Source: Candidatus Poribacteria bacterium (GTDB taxonomy: Bacteria > Poribacteria > WGA-4E > WGA-3G). Taken from it: a stretch of 64,000 nt of DNA. The translations under genes and the position numbers were made by a program. The stretch is taken from assembly GCA_963663765.2 (NCBI GenBank), contig CAXXUA010000004.1, positions 512,001 through 576,000 of the forward strand. The letters run 5' to 3'. Below, one piece after another: positions 30,140 to 39,531 of this stretch (the first letter of the stretch is position 1; every line of letters starts with the position of its first letter). The notes under the pieces were generated by a model. That model had not been told where the DNA came from and ran no database searches. It saw nothing but the letters and a program-made list of their open reading frames with translations.

Positions 30140-31576
30140 CTACATCTCCGCCAACTTCCTCTGTAACCACTTTGTCATCGGTGCATAGCTCGGATCACAG
30201 ACCTCAAGCAAATGTCCCGGTAGCGGTTGTCCGATCACTGCTTCAACATCGCGCCGTCGTTCCGATACGACTTCAGGGTGATCACTCGCTACATTGTTCT
30301 TTTCTTCAGGGTCATTTATAACATCAAAGAGTTCATCTCCTTTTTCATCTATAAAACCAACAGAAGTGCAGAAGTTCCAATGATCGTCGCGCACACTCAC
30401 ACGTCCAACAGCATTACCTGTAGTGAAACCTGCCCAGCCATTGATAATCCGTTCGCGGAGAAACGCTTTCTCTTGTGTCACAAGTTGCCACATATCTTCA
30501 CCATCTGTCCAATCACACGGAATATCAACAAGATTTAGCAGTGTCGGCATTATATCATGGTTCTGCACAAACGCTGAAATGTCCTTGTCGTGCGGTCCAT
30601 CAGGATGACGTATCATCAAGTTCAACTGAGTATTATATGGATGTAACTTGTTCGCACCTTTACCAAAACTACCATGGTCTCGCAGTTGCGTGCCGTGGTC
30701 TGACATCAGCATTACAAGCGTCTCATCGTGAATGTCTAATGACTCAATCTTGTCCAACAACGCACCGACCCATTTGTCAACAAATGTTACTTCTCCCAGA
30801 TAAAGTGCTTCAATTCGGTTAAGTTCCTCTTCAGAAGGTCTCCCACCTTCATTTGCACTACCACGTGAGATGAAATCTTTACCAGAATAATCAGGTGAGT
30901 AGATATCAGCATAGGATTTCGGTGGATCCCAAGGTTCATGTGGATCGAAACTATCTACCCACAGGAAAAATGGTCCGACTGTGTGATTATCTTGCAACCA
31001 ATCCGCAGCAGAACGGAACACACGCGCACAACTATAGTCATCATCTGTTTGACGATGACGTTGACCCAATAGATAGTTCACAAGTCCTGCATGCCGTTTC
31101 CAATTGATAGGTTCACGTACATGGTTTCGCAGCGTATCCTCAATCAACCGTGGATCCCCACTCTGCCAATTGTCTGATTCCTGACCACGGATAAAGTCAA
31201 AATGTGCAAACCCACGTGAGAAATTCATAGTCGGTTTGAACATGTGGTACGTATCTGCGATGATAGCAGTAAGATAGCCGCGTTCCAGAAGCACTTCTGC
31301 AATCGTATCCTGTTCCGGCGGTATCTTGTGCCAACCAGCAGCGTGATGCCAATGTCCACGTCGATCAAAGTTATATCTCCACGGAAAAGTCCGCATCCCA
31401 GTGAAGTTACCACGACGTACCTGTAATGTGGGTTGACATTCACCATAAGCACGGGTGAAACGCACGCTTTCTGATGCAAACGCATCAAGGTTCGGCGTTT
31501 GCACATGGCTATACTTCTTACCTTCACCAATGATGTCCGCACGAAATGTGTCTAAACAGATACAAATAATATTCAT
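30140..31576 (-). CDS. Sulfatase-like hydrolase (alkaline phosphatase superfamily)
   Basis: NIICICLDTFRAD, TPNLD, DPHEPW, SDHG, ELFD...DPEEKNN. Confidence 0.88.
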   Translation of the reverse strand: MNIICICLDTFRADIIGEGKKYSHVQTPNLDAFASESVRFTRAYGECQPTLQVRRGNFTGMRTFPWRYNFDRRGHWHHAAGWHKIPPEQDTIAEVLLERGYLTAIIADTYHMFKPTMNFSRGFAHFDFIRGQESDNWQSGDPRLIEDTLRNHVREPINWKRHAGLVNYLLGQRHRQTDDDYSCARVFRSAADWLQDNHTVGPFFLWVDSFDPHEPWDPPKSYADIYSPDYSGKDFISRGSANEGGRPSEEELNRIEALYLGEVTFVDKWVGALLDKIESLDIHDETLVMLMSDHGTQLRDHGSFGKGANKLHPYNTQLNLMIRHPDGPHDKDISAFVQNHDIMPTLLNLVDIPCDWTDGEDMWQLVTQEKAFLRERIINGWAGFTTGNAVGRVSVRDDHWNFCTSVGFIDEKGDELFDVINDPEEKNNVASDHPEVVSERRRDVEAVIGQPLPGHLLEVCDPSYAPMTKWLQRKLAEM

Positions 31577-31580
31577 AAAG

Positions 31581-32309
31581 TTATGCTCCTTTCATTTCAT
31601 CTATAATTCTTTCAGCTGCTTGAAGCGGATCCTCCGCTTCAATAATCGGTCTACCGACAACTATATAATCTGCACCTCGATTAATTGCTTCTGCTGGAGT
31701 TGTGATTCTCTTTTGATCACCTACGTCTGCCCATTTCGGACGGATGCCAGGGGTGACAATCAAGAAGTTGTCTCCACACGTTTTTCGTATCGGTTCAATT
31801 TCCAATGGAGATGCAACAACTCCGTCTAAACCTGCTTCTTTTGCTTGCTTCGCCAGATAAACAACCTGCTCTGTGAGTTGTCTTTCTGAACCGAAGTTTG
31901 ATTGAAAACCTGCTTCATCCATACTTGTCAGAATTGTTACACCAAGAAGAATAGGTTTCGGTATTCCCGAATCATTAGCAGCATCGTCAGCACGGATGCT
32001 TGCGGCTTGCATCATCTCAAATCCACCTGATGCATGCATGTTGATCATGTTTGAACCATGTCTAGTCATCGTACCAACATCCCGCGCCACCGTATTCGGT
32101 ATATCGTGAAACTTCAAATCAAGAAAGGTTTTAAATCGTCTTTCTTTCATCCAAGAAAAAACATTAGTGCCAACCGTGGTAATTGCCTGAAAACCTATCT
32201 TAACCCAAAAAACAGAATCCATTAACTCATCTGTTATCCAATCAATCTCCTCCCCATCATCCGTATCCAATGCAACGATTAACCTGTTTTTCAATTTATC
32301 ATTCTCCAT
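31581..32309 (-). CDS. pyrF: Orotidine-5'-phosphate decarboxylase
   Basis: LIVALD, FLDLKFHDIPNTV, VTPGIR, IVVGRPI; start placed at ATG 32309. Confidence 0.96.
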   Translation of the reverse strand: MENDKLKNRLIVALDTDDGEEIDWITDELMDSVFWVKIGFQAITTVGTNVFSWMKERRFKTFLDLKFHDIPNTVARDVGTMTRHGSNMINMHASGGFEMMQAASIRADDAANDSGIPKPILLGVTILTSMDEAGFQSNFGSERQLTEQVVYLAKQAKEAGLDGVVASPLEIEPIRKTCGDNFLIVTPGIRPKWADVGDQKRITTPAEAINRGADYIVVGRPIIEAEDPLQAAERIIDEMKGA

Positions 32310-32319
32310 GTGAATAAGC

Positions 32320-33813
32320 CTAAAGATTGCCCAATACTTCGTCAACTATTCGCTGTGTTTCTTTGTGAGCATCCTCAATTTGATTCTGACATTCATAGAT
32401 GTGCTTTGCATTTTCGTTCAACTGATCTTCTATACGGTCAATCATACGATTGACTTCAGACGGAGACGTTCCACCAAGGCTCTGATTGTTTTTAATTGCT
32501 AATTCAGCGTCCAGAATCTGTTTTAGCTTTTCAATCTGTATCTCAATTTCTTTCTTTTTCAGGAGTTCTTGGGTTAACTCCATGTCCAAAAACGTCTTTT
32601 TCTGCTGCACTAACTCCCCAACCAGCCACCCAACGATTTCATGACATTCACGGAAACTAATCTGATGTTCTTTAACAAGGTAATTCGCTAATTCTGTCGC
32701 AGTAGCAAAGTTTGCATTGACTAATTCAACCATTCTTTCATTGTTAAATTTTGTCGTTTTGAGCAGGTTTGGAAGGATATCCAAGCATCCAGTTACAATA
32801 TCAAACGCTTCCCATAAAGGGGGTTTGTCTTCCTGAAAATCACGATTATAGCCTAATGGTAAACCTTTGAGATTAGTTAGCAAATCCATTAGTGCGCCAT
32901 AAACACGTCCTGTGCGTCCACGTGTAAGTTCAGCGATGTCCGCGTTCTTTTTCTGTGGCATGATGGAGCTTCCCGAACTATATGCATCATCAAGTTCTGC
33001 AATACCATACTCATAAGTTGTCCAATAGATCAGTTCTTCGCTAAGTCGAGATAAATTCGCCATCACAAGTGATAATGCAAAGAGGGTTTCAGCAATAAAG
33101 TCGCGACTGCTAATGACATCAAGCGCATGTTCATGAACCGCATCAAAACCAAGAAGTTCAGTTGTCAAGTTTCGGTCAATCGGGAAAGACGTTCCAGCCA
33201 ATGCACATGCACCAAGCGGATTTGTATTCGTTATTTCATAGGCAGCTCGCAGTCGTTTTTGGTCTCTCAGAAACATACTGATGTATGCCGTTGCCCAAAA
33301 ACCAAGACTAATCGGTTGCGCATGCTGTGTGTGCGTGTAACCGGGTATTACGGTGTCCACATGATCTTTGGCAATACTTAAAAACGCATCACATAAAGAA
33401 GCAACACCACGTTGGATATTCAGTATCTCATCACGGATATATAGGCGCGCATCTACGAGGACCTGATCATTACGAGAACGAGCAGTGTGCAACTTCCCAC
33501 CGAATTCAATCCCTGCGTTATCAATCAGATACGACTCAACGTTCATGTGCACATCTTCTTTATTCGGATTAAGTGTGAAATCTCCATTTTGGAAATCATT
33601 TTCAGCATTACGGAGCCATCGTAATATCTCTTTTAGATCCGTATCGGATAATATTTCCTGTCGTGTGAGCATAATCGCATGCACTTGGCTTCCCCAAATG
33701 TCATATCCGATGAGTCGCGTATCTACATCAATAGAGTGTGTAAAGGCTACTGTTTCTGAGGTGAGACTTTTGCTAAAACGGCCGCTCCAAAGCGTTTTTT
33801 GTGGGTTTGACAT
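32320..33813 (-). CDS. argH: Argininosuccinate lyase
   Basis: LWSGRF, HTARSRNDQV, GYTHTQHAQP, GSSIMPQKKN, YNRDFQEDK. Confidence 0.97.
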   Translation of the reverse strand: MSNPQKTLWSGRFSKSLTSETVAFTHSIDVDTRLIGYDIWGSQVHAIMLTRQEILSDTDLKEILRWLRNAENDFQNGDFTLNPNKEDVHMNVESYLIDNAGIEFGGKLHTARSRNDQVLVDARLYIRDEILNIQRGVASLCDAFLSIAKDHVDTVIPGYTHTQHAQPISLGFWATAYISMFLRDQKRLRAAYEITNTNPLGACALAGTSFPIDRNLTTELLGFDAVHEHALDVISSRDFIAETLFALSLVMANLSRLSEELIYWTTYEYGIAELDDAYSSGSSIMPQKKNADIAELTRGRTGRVYGALMDLLTNLKGLPLGYNRDFQEDKPPLWEAFDIVTGCLDILPNLLKTTKFNNERMVELVNANFATATELANYLVKEHQISFRECHEIVGWLVGELVQQKKTFLDMELTQELLKKKEIEIQIEKLKQILDAELAIKNNQSLGGTSPSEVNRMIDRIEDQLNENAKHIYECQNQIEDAHKETQRIVDEVLGNL

Positions 33814-33837
33814 ATTTTTTGATTTTATACTAAAGGG

Positions 33838-34156
33838 TTACTTAAAGCCAAGCCACTTATTTACTCCGACCTCAATTAACTCCAATAAGGTTGAGTTTAA
33901 TTTTCCTATTCTACGGATAAAAGTGGTGGGTGAAACAACTGTCAACCCTTGGATGTTGAAAGTACCTTGTGTCAATCCTGCTACAGATAGTGTGACATTA
34001 AAATACAGAATTTCTTGTACTTGTAGTATGCGGCACGACAGAATATAGGGCATAATCAGAATCTGAAAAAGGTATATTCAGAACCAAAGCAGGGCGTGTT
34101 TTCGCAGCGAAGCCAAGATCAGCAAGCCATATTTCTCCTCGTCTAGGAATTGCCAT
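33838..34156 (-). pseudogene. PemK/MazF-family toxin, frameshifted
   Basis: MAIPRRGEIWLADLGFAAKTRPALVL...VVPHTTSTRNSVF, then an extra T near 34000; continues NVTLSVAGL...RRIGKL...WLGFK. Confidence 0.85.
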
Positions 34157-34367
34157 TTTCTTTCAACATCTCTTCTTCATCAAGTCGTTTGAAGCTTAAT
34201 GCTGCTACAAAATTCTGATCTTGTTCAGTCCAAATACCATAGTCATCATCGTAGATAATATGAAAATCAAGAGTCCGATATAAATTGTGAATAGCGTGTT
34301 CAATTTACTGCAGTTCGTCTGTGCTTAGTTGCGGTAATACTTCCTCAATTTCTTGAATCGTAGTCAT
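34143..34367 (-). pseudogene. Cognate antitoxin with in-frame nonsense codon
   Basis: MTTIQEIEEVLPQLSTDELQ*IEHAIHNLYR...DDDYGIWTEQDQ...LDEEE; TAA at 34305-34307; overlaps toxin start. Confidence 0.75.
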
Positions 34368-34570
34368 AACAAAATACCATCCTTTACAAGTTGAATTAAC
34401 GAAACTAAAATCTATATCAGTACAAACACCCAGCTATTAAATTTACATATACTCATTTCTCAAAAACCGATGACAGATCGTATACTATGGTTAAATTAGA
34501 AAATGAGTTTACATTTCTACAATTTACCATATTGGCCGTCATGTAAGTATCCTATCCTTTTCTTCTCTTT

Positions 34571-34683
34571 GGTAGGAACGACCTCCTTGTCAGGGCTGTT
34601 TTGATACATTGTCTCCATACGGTCGCGACCGGGAGGTCGCTCCTACCTGTGCAAGTGTGTAATTAATTCCATAATTTACCATA
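34571..34683. repeat. GTAG REP pair plus MITE-like end
   Basis: GGTAGGAACGACCTCC ... GGGAGGTCGCTCCTACC followed by AAGTGTGTAATTAAT...TACCATAA, an end also seen at 7325-7355. Confidence 0.6.
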
Positions 34684-34709
34684 ATAAACTCTACATAATA
34701 AACTCTACA

Positions 34710-35564
34710 TTAGGTAACCTGTGGAGGTCTTCTCGGTGACATCGGTTGAATAATTGACCGTTGCGCAGGGGTCAAACTTGCTAACAACGCCTCCGAATGC
34801 GGATAATCAAATCGTTCACGAACATACTTTGGAGAATAACGATACACAATTGACCGTCGAAAGCCAGGATTTGTCCGTTCTGCTGAACCGTGGGTAATCG
34901 CATCAGTAAACATCACAACATCCCCTGCCTTCAGATGTACTTCTTGTGTAGCAAATGCTGTTCCTGCGGGTTTACCGGTAATTCCATCGTAAACAATCCC
35001 CTTGCCGTCATGTATCAAACGTGGATGTATCTCGGAACATTTATGACTTCCAGGAATTAGCACAGGAGCACCATCACCCGGACCAATGTCGTTAATCGCC
35101 ATCAAGACATTTATCTGTCCTACAAGCCACTCCCCCGTATTGACTTGACGGAACGTAAGGTAACTCAAAGGAACATGTCCACCACAATGGATATGAATGA
35201 AACCGCCTGGACCACGAACATTCAAGAAGTTCTCGTGAATTGACAGACCATTTACCTCATGCACATACTTCCGTATCATGTTGGTCCAAGCCGGGTGGTC
35301 TATCAACTTTTGAAACACATCTCCACCTTCAATGATATTTTGGAAATTGACACCGTTCTCTATGTTATAGGTATGTGTTTCAATGTTACCGATCCAGCGC
35401 GGAATCCGGTGATTCTCAGGATTCGGTTCCCAAGGTTGTTCTACGTATTCCCAATGATTATCAATCCATTCGTTGATCTTCGTAAGGTCTTCATCCGATA
35501 TCGCATTCTCTAAAATCAGAAATCCTTGCAAATCAAAAAGGTAATCCAGATGTTCCTGATCCAT
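34710..35564 (-). CDS. Phytanoyl-CoA dioxygenase (PhyH) family protein
   Basis: FDLQGFLILENAI, DIGPGDGA..LIPGSHK, AGDVVMF...ITHGS, RRSIVYRY. Confidence 0.88.
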   Translation of the reverse strand: MDQEHLDYLFDLQGFLILENAISDEDLTKINEWIDNHWEYVEQPWEPNPENHRIPRWIGNIETHTYNIENGVNFQNIIEGGDVFQKLIDHPAWTNMIRKYVHEVNGLSIHENFLNVRGPGGFIHIHCGGHVPLSYLTFRQVNTGEWLVGQINVLMAINDIGPGDGAPVLIPGSHKCSEIHPRLIHDGKGIVYDGITGKPAGTAFATQEVHLKAGDVVMFTDAITHGSAERTNPGFRRSIVYRYSPKYVRERFDYPHSEALLASLTPAQRSIIQPMSPRRPPQVT

Positions 35565-35643
35565 ATCTAAACTCCTGAGACTGTCTTGAGTTGGTGCAGT
35601 TTCATCCTACACCGTTCTTCTACTTCCGATTATTGTTCCTTAA

Positions 35644-36447
35644 CTACAAATAAGAATTCAATTCATCTTCTGTCGGTTTAGAAGTTGCAATACCACTTTC
35701 GGGTATCTCAACCTTGGCTGTCCAAGCTATAGCATTGAGGATAAACTTTCGGAGATTGTCATCACCCCAGTTATGATGATGGTGTCCACCCGTAAAACCG
35801 AACCCACGACCACGATCTGCACGTTCTACACACCAACCAAGATGTTGTGGTTCGCCTTTAGCAACGGAGGCGCGAACATGTGGATTCCCACTATGCGGTC
35901 CGTCTGGGCGCGTCAGTGTTGACTCGGGTGCAATCGCACTCAATACAGGAGTGACACCGTCCATATTCTCACGGAAACGCATGTGATAATACCATTCGTC
36001 ATCAAGTGTAAACGGCACTAAACCCCTTGTTGTCGGATGTTCAGGGAAAGATGTAAAACCTGCTGTCCAATGCGGATTGACTGAGAGATGCGTTTCAAAA
36101 TAACCACCAATCCAATCCAAGAAACAATCACCAGCTTTTCCTTTTGGCACCTCAACAGCATAATGCAACATTGCAATTCCCATGCCTTTAGCAGTTAACT
36201 CCGATATCTGGTCAAGATGGGGAATACTGAGATGTCCTCCACCACCATCTGAATAAACTATGATTGCATCTGTATCAGCAAAAATATCAGAATCAGAAGG
36301 CCAACCTTGATGCACAACTGCATCCATACCATCAACAACTGCATTTAACTGATCTGCTAAGAAAGAACATCCTCCCGGATGTTCATGCGACCCACTTCCA
36401 TGACTCGCTCTACCAGCAACAAAAACTATTCGCGTCTTTTTAGACAT
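35644..36447 (-). CDS. ThuA-domain (GATase-like) protein
   Basis: SHG.G.HEH, LHYAVE, DEWYYHMRF, GRGFGFTGGHHH.NW. Confidence 0.8.
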   Translation of the reverse strand: MSKKTRIVFVAGRASHGSGSHEHPGGCSFLADQLNAVVDGMDAVVHQGWPSDSDIFADTDAIIVYSDGGGGHLSIPHLDQISELTAKGMGIAMLHYAVEVPKGKAGDCFLDWIGGYFETHLSVNPHWTAGFTSFPEHPTTRGLVPFTLDDEWYYHMRFRENMDGVTPVLSAIAPESTLTRPDGPHSGNPHVRASVAKGEPQHLGWCVERADRGRGFGFTGGHHHHNWGDDNLRKFILNAIAWTAKVEIPESGIATSKPTEDELNSYL

Positions 36448-36569
36448 ATAAACTCCAATAAGAATTAATCATTTAGGGATAACCAACCGTAATCAATGCA
36501 ATACTCATTAAAATAGAATCTGATTTTACATCTTCTATCTGTCTATGTCAATCCATTAATCAAACAAAA

Positions 36570-37085
36570 TCAAATTCCCATTCCAAGAGCAACTGCTGCC
36601 AACAGAATCAACAACGATACTACACCCATCAAACTTGACACTATAGACATCTGCGTCCGGAGTGGTTTTACTTCAGGGGGTAATTCTTCTAAAGATTCGT
36701 CTAATCCATCTATTGCAGACAGCATCTTTGGTGCAAAAAATATACTATGTAGAAATGTCAGGATCAGTAAAGCAATAAAAAGTATAAGTTTGATAAGTAA
36801 TGTCCTCATGAAAGGGTTGTTGTCAACATTAGCAGAACCATCAAAACTAATAAAATAGGTAATGATGTTTGCAATTCCTGTAACAAAAAGCACAAGTACA
36901 CAACCCCATACAATCGGTTCAAACCTTTTCCCAATATCTGACAATAACTTAATACGTTGAACGGGTGGCAAATTCTGCCGAAAATATGGAACAATGACCA
37001 TTGCTAATATGAGGTTACCACCAATCCACACAACAGCAGCCATAACATGAATCCATCTAATTAATAACCAAAATAATTCTGGCAT
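36570..37085 (-). CDS. Four-TM membrane protein, CopD/DUF4149-like
   Basis: WIHVMAAVVWIGG motif, TG, LLIKL, four hydrophobic helices. Confidence 0.7.
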   Translation of the reverse strand: MPELFWLLIRWIHVMAAVVWIGGNLILAMVIVPYFRQNLPPVQRIKLLSDIGKRFEPIVWGCVLVLFVTGIANIITYFISFDGSANVDNNPFMRTLLIKLILFIALLILTFLHSIFFAPKMLSAIDGLDESLEELPPEVKPLRTQMSIVSSLMGVVSLLILLAAVALGMGI

Positions 37086-37130
37086 ATTCTAATTTCCCTA
37101 TCTGTTTTGCATGACACGTTTCATTTTACT

Positions 37131-37251
37131 CAGGACTTACGTAAAAACGGTAGGCGTGCTTTGTAAGCGCGCCGGAAACCTAAAAAATGCTGAAAATTAC
37201 ATCGTTTTCGTCTTAATTCTTGATTGGATCATGAAAACTGCGTAAGTCCTG
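37131..37251 (-). mobile_element. MITE family A, short form, inverted orientation
   Basis: CAGGACTTACG / CGTAAGTCCTG ends; TSD TTACT on both sides. Confidence 0.92.
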
Positions 37252-37265
37252 TTACTTTTTGTGTA

Positions 37266-38888
37266 TTATTCGGAACCTTCAAAGTGATGAATAATTAAAT
37301 CCGCTCGTGATATAAGTGATTTGCGTTCCTCAGATGACATCAATACAGGAGAAAACCGATGATAATCACATTTTGAGAGAATATCCAAAAACTCTTTTTG
37401 TATACGTACCGGTATCTTTGCTTTTTGACATATCGCTTGAATTTCAGTTGTAGTCAATTTACGGTATGTTAAACCTTCCCGATCACCAAGATATTGATAT
37501 AGAATACGAGTTAAGGCTTCCTCATAGGTTGTACTATTCGTTTCAAAATTTCCTTCTCTCAACGATTCCAACGCAGTAAAGGCTTTTTGTGCAGGAGTTA
37601 CTGTGTCTACCTGTGTTATTACGCGGGACGGTTTCAGTTTGACACGATACAGAAAAAAAATCGCTAAAATTATACCAGCAAGAATCGGAATAACGGTTAA
37701 CGCCAATAGCCAAGATTGAAAAGTAGAATCTTTACTTACAATTCTTATTGGATTAGCTACTGCAGTGATGTTTATCGGATCTGTTTTTGATATCTGATAA
37801 CTATGTGTTTTTGGATTGAAAAATACAAATTCTATTTCGGGAATCTGTAAAAACCCAGACCTTAAAGGCATAAACACATAAGTGTAAACGCTACTTTGGA
37901 GTGTTTTACTTTCAACTTGAATGGGTTGTTCCACTCTGAAACCACTCACAGATGAGATTTTTGGAGGTTTCACCGTTTTTAAATTGCCTTTTCCACTGAT
38001 TGTCAGAGATAAGGTCAATGCTTTTCTTATTTCAAGTCTATTTCGATCCACCTGTGTAGTGACTTCATAATCACCTACCGCGCCGGTAAAATTCGCAGGT
38101 TTTCCAAGTTCAGGCAGTGGTTGCACAGTCAATGCTAAAGTTTTCGTCTTTAGAGTCTTTGGATGGTCTTTTATCGGTAGCTTCAATTGTGCAGGATTGA
38201 TCAGCACTCTACCAGTTTCCCTCGGATATAAAAGGCGCAAGTATTTTTGAACTTGATAAGTAATCCCATTTATTGTTTCAGTAATACCCTCTTGCTCTGG
38301 TTGTTCTTCGACAATAAACTCAGGAAATTCGGGCAGAACAGGCATAATCGGTTCCATTGTTGGCAACACAGTGGTATAAAGGTAACGAAACTCATACTCA
38401 ATCGGTTCGTTTAGATACGGTTTTGAATTATTGATCTTAGCTTCAATTTTGTGGATACCCCCAGTTAGGGTGTGCCGATATGTGTCAACAGCACTGACAA
38501 TGATTGCACCAGGATTTGTTATATATGGAACTCCCTGATACAAGAATTGTATGTCCGATAAAGCAATCTTACCGACCTTTTGCGGTATAAGCTCATAAAA
38601 CCACGCCATTTTAACAGCTAATTTATTATCAACCAAATAAGTATTAGTTTTGGAATGTAGTGGAACTACAAGGAAATCCGGTAAGAAATCAAAACTCGGA
38701 GTCCCAATATACTTCATCTGTGTATTCCCAGAAATCGTCAGTTCTAAGGTTGCTTTCTCGTTGTATTGAATATGACGTGGACTGATAGCAGCTGCAACTT
38801 GCACATCATCACTAAATGATGCTGTAGTGTACAATATAAGCATTAGAACGTGTGTTGTAATACCTAAAAAATACTGGAAACGAGACAT
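37266..38888 (-). CDS. BatD-family protein
   Basis: Signal peptide, repeated Ig-like units, LP...KPANFTGAVGDY, ISGKGNL, FFNP, TM, CDYHRFSP; start placed at ATG 38888. Confidence 0.8.
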   Translation of the reverse strand: MSRFQYFLGITTHVLMLILYTTASFSDDVQVAAAISPRHIQYNEKATLELTISGNTQMKYIGTPSFDFLPDFLVVPLHSKTNTYLVDNKLAVKMAWFYELIPQKVGKIALSDIQFLYQGVPYITNPGAIIVSAVDTYRHTLTGGIHKIEAKINNSKPYLNEPIEYEFRYLYTTVLPTMEPIMPVLPEFPEFIVEEQPEQEGITETINGITYQVQKYLRLLYPRETGRVLINPAQLKLPIKDHPKTLKTKTLALTVQPLPELGKPANFTGAVGDYEVTTQVDRNRLEIRKALTLSLTISGKGNLKTVKPPKISSVSGFRVEQPIQVESKTLQSSVYTYVFMPLRSGFLQIPEIEFVFFNPKTHSYQISKTDPINITAVANPIRIVSKDSTFQSWLLALTVIPILAGIILAIFFLYRVKLKPSRVITQVDTVTPAQKAFTALESLREGNFETNSTTYEEALTRILYQYLGDREGLTYRKLTTTEIQAICQKAKIPVRIQKEFLDILSKCDYHRFSPVLMSSEERKSLISRADLIIHHFEGSE

Positions 38889-38895
38889 TTTTATT

Positions 38896-39522
38896 TTACC
38901 AATCTTTATCTCGTCTGTAACTACTATTGAGTTGTTGTTTAAGTATATTTTGACGATGTTTGTTTTCATTCTGGGTGAGTCGTTCAAGGAGTTTTTGTGC
39001 ATCTGATTTTGACATGTTATTCGGTTCAGATTGAGTTTTATTATTGTGTGAATCTGATTTGTCTTGTTGTCCTATCAAGTTTTCTTGTTGTTGCTTGAGC
39101 AGCTGAAGTGCCAAAGTTAAATTATATTTGGCATCAACGTCTTTCGGTTGTATTTGGAGTGAGTGTTTATACGAATCAATTGCTCCAGTAAAATCCTGCA
39201 TCTGAAACTGCGCATTACCTATATTGTAATATACATCTGCTTCATTAGGTATATTCCCTTTCAACAGTGACTTCCTAAATGTTGTAGCAGCTTCCTGGTA
39301 TTTTCCCTTCTTATACAGGGCAGCAGCGAGATTATAATGAGCAATATGATTGTTAGGTTGATTTATTGCTGCATCTTGAAATACTTGTACAGCTACATCA
39401 TAGTCCTTGTTCCAATATGCTTCATTGCCGGTTTTCATCAAGCGCGACCAACTACCAAACCAACCAACAAGAAAGACAAGTATTAGAAGTATCATTGTAG
39501 TACGTATCATCAATCTCATCAT
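38896..39522 (-). CDS. TPR protein, BatC-like
   Basis: GNEAY, YNLAAALYK, YNIGN, DAKYNL.LA, Q-rich linker, end RDKDW; upstream of batD-like gene. Confidence 0.8.
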   Translation of the reverse strand: MMRLMIRTTMILLILVFLVGWFGSWSRLMKTGNEAYWNKDYDVAVQVFQDAAINQPNNHIAHYNLAAALYKKGKYQEAATTFRKSLLKGNIPNEADVYYNIGNAQFQMQDFTGAIDSYKHSLQIQPKDVDAKYNLTLALQLLKQQQENLIGQQDKSDSHNNKTQSEPNNMSKSDAQKLLERLTQNENKHRQNILKQQLNSSYRRDKDW

Positions 39523-39531
39523 GTTTCTATT

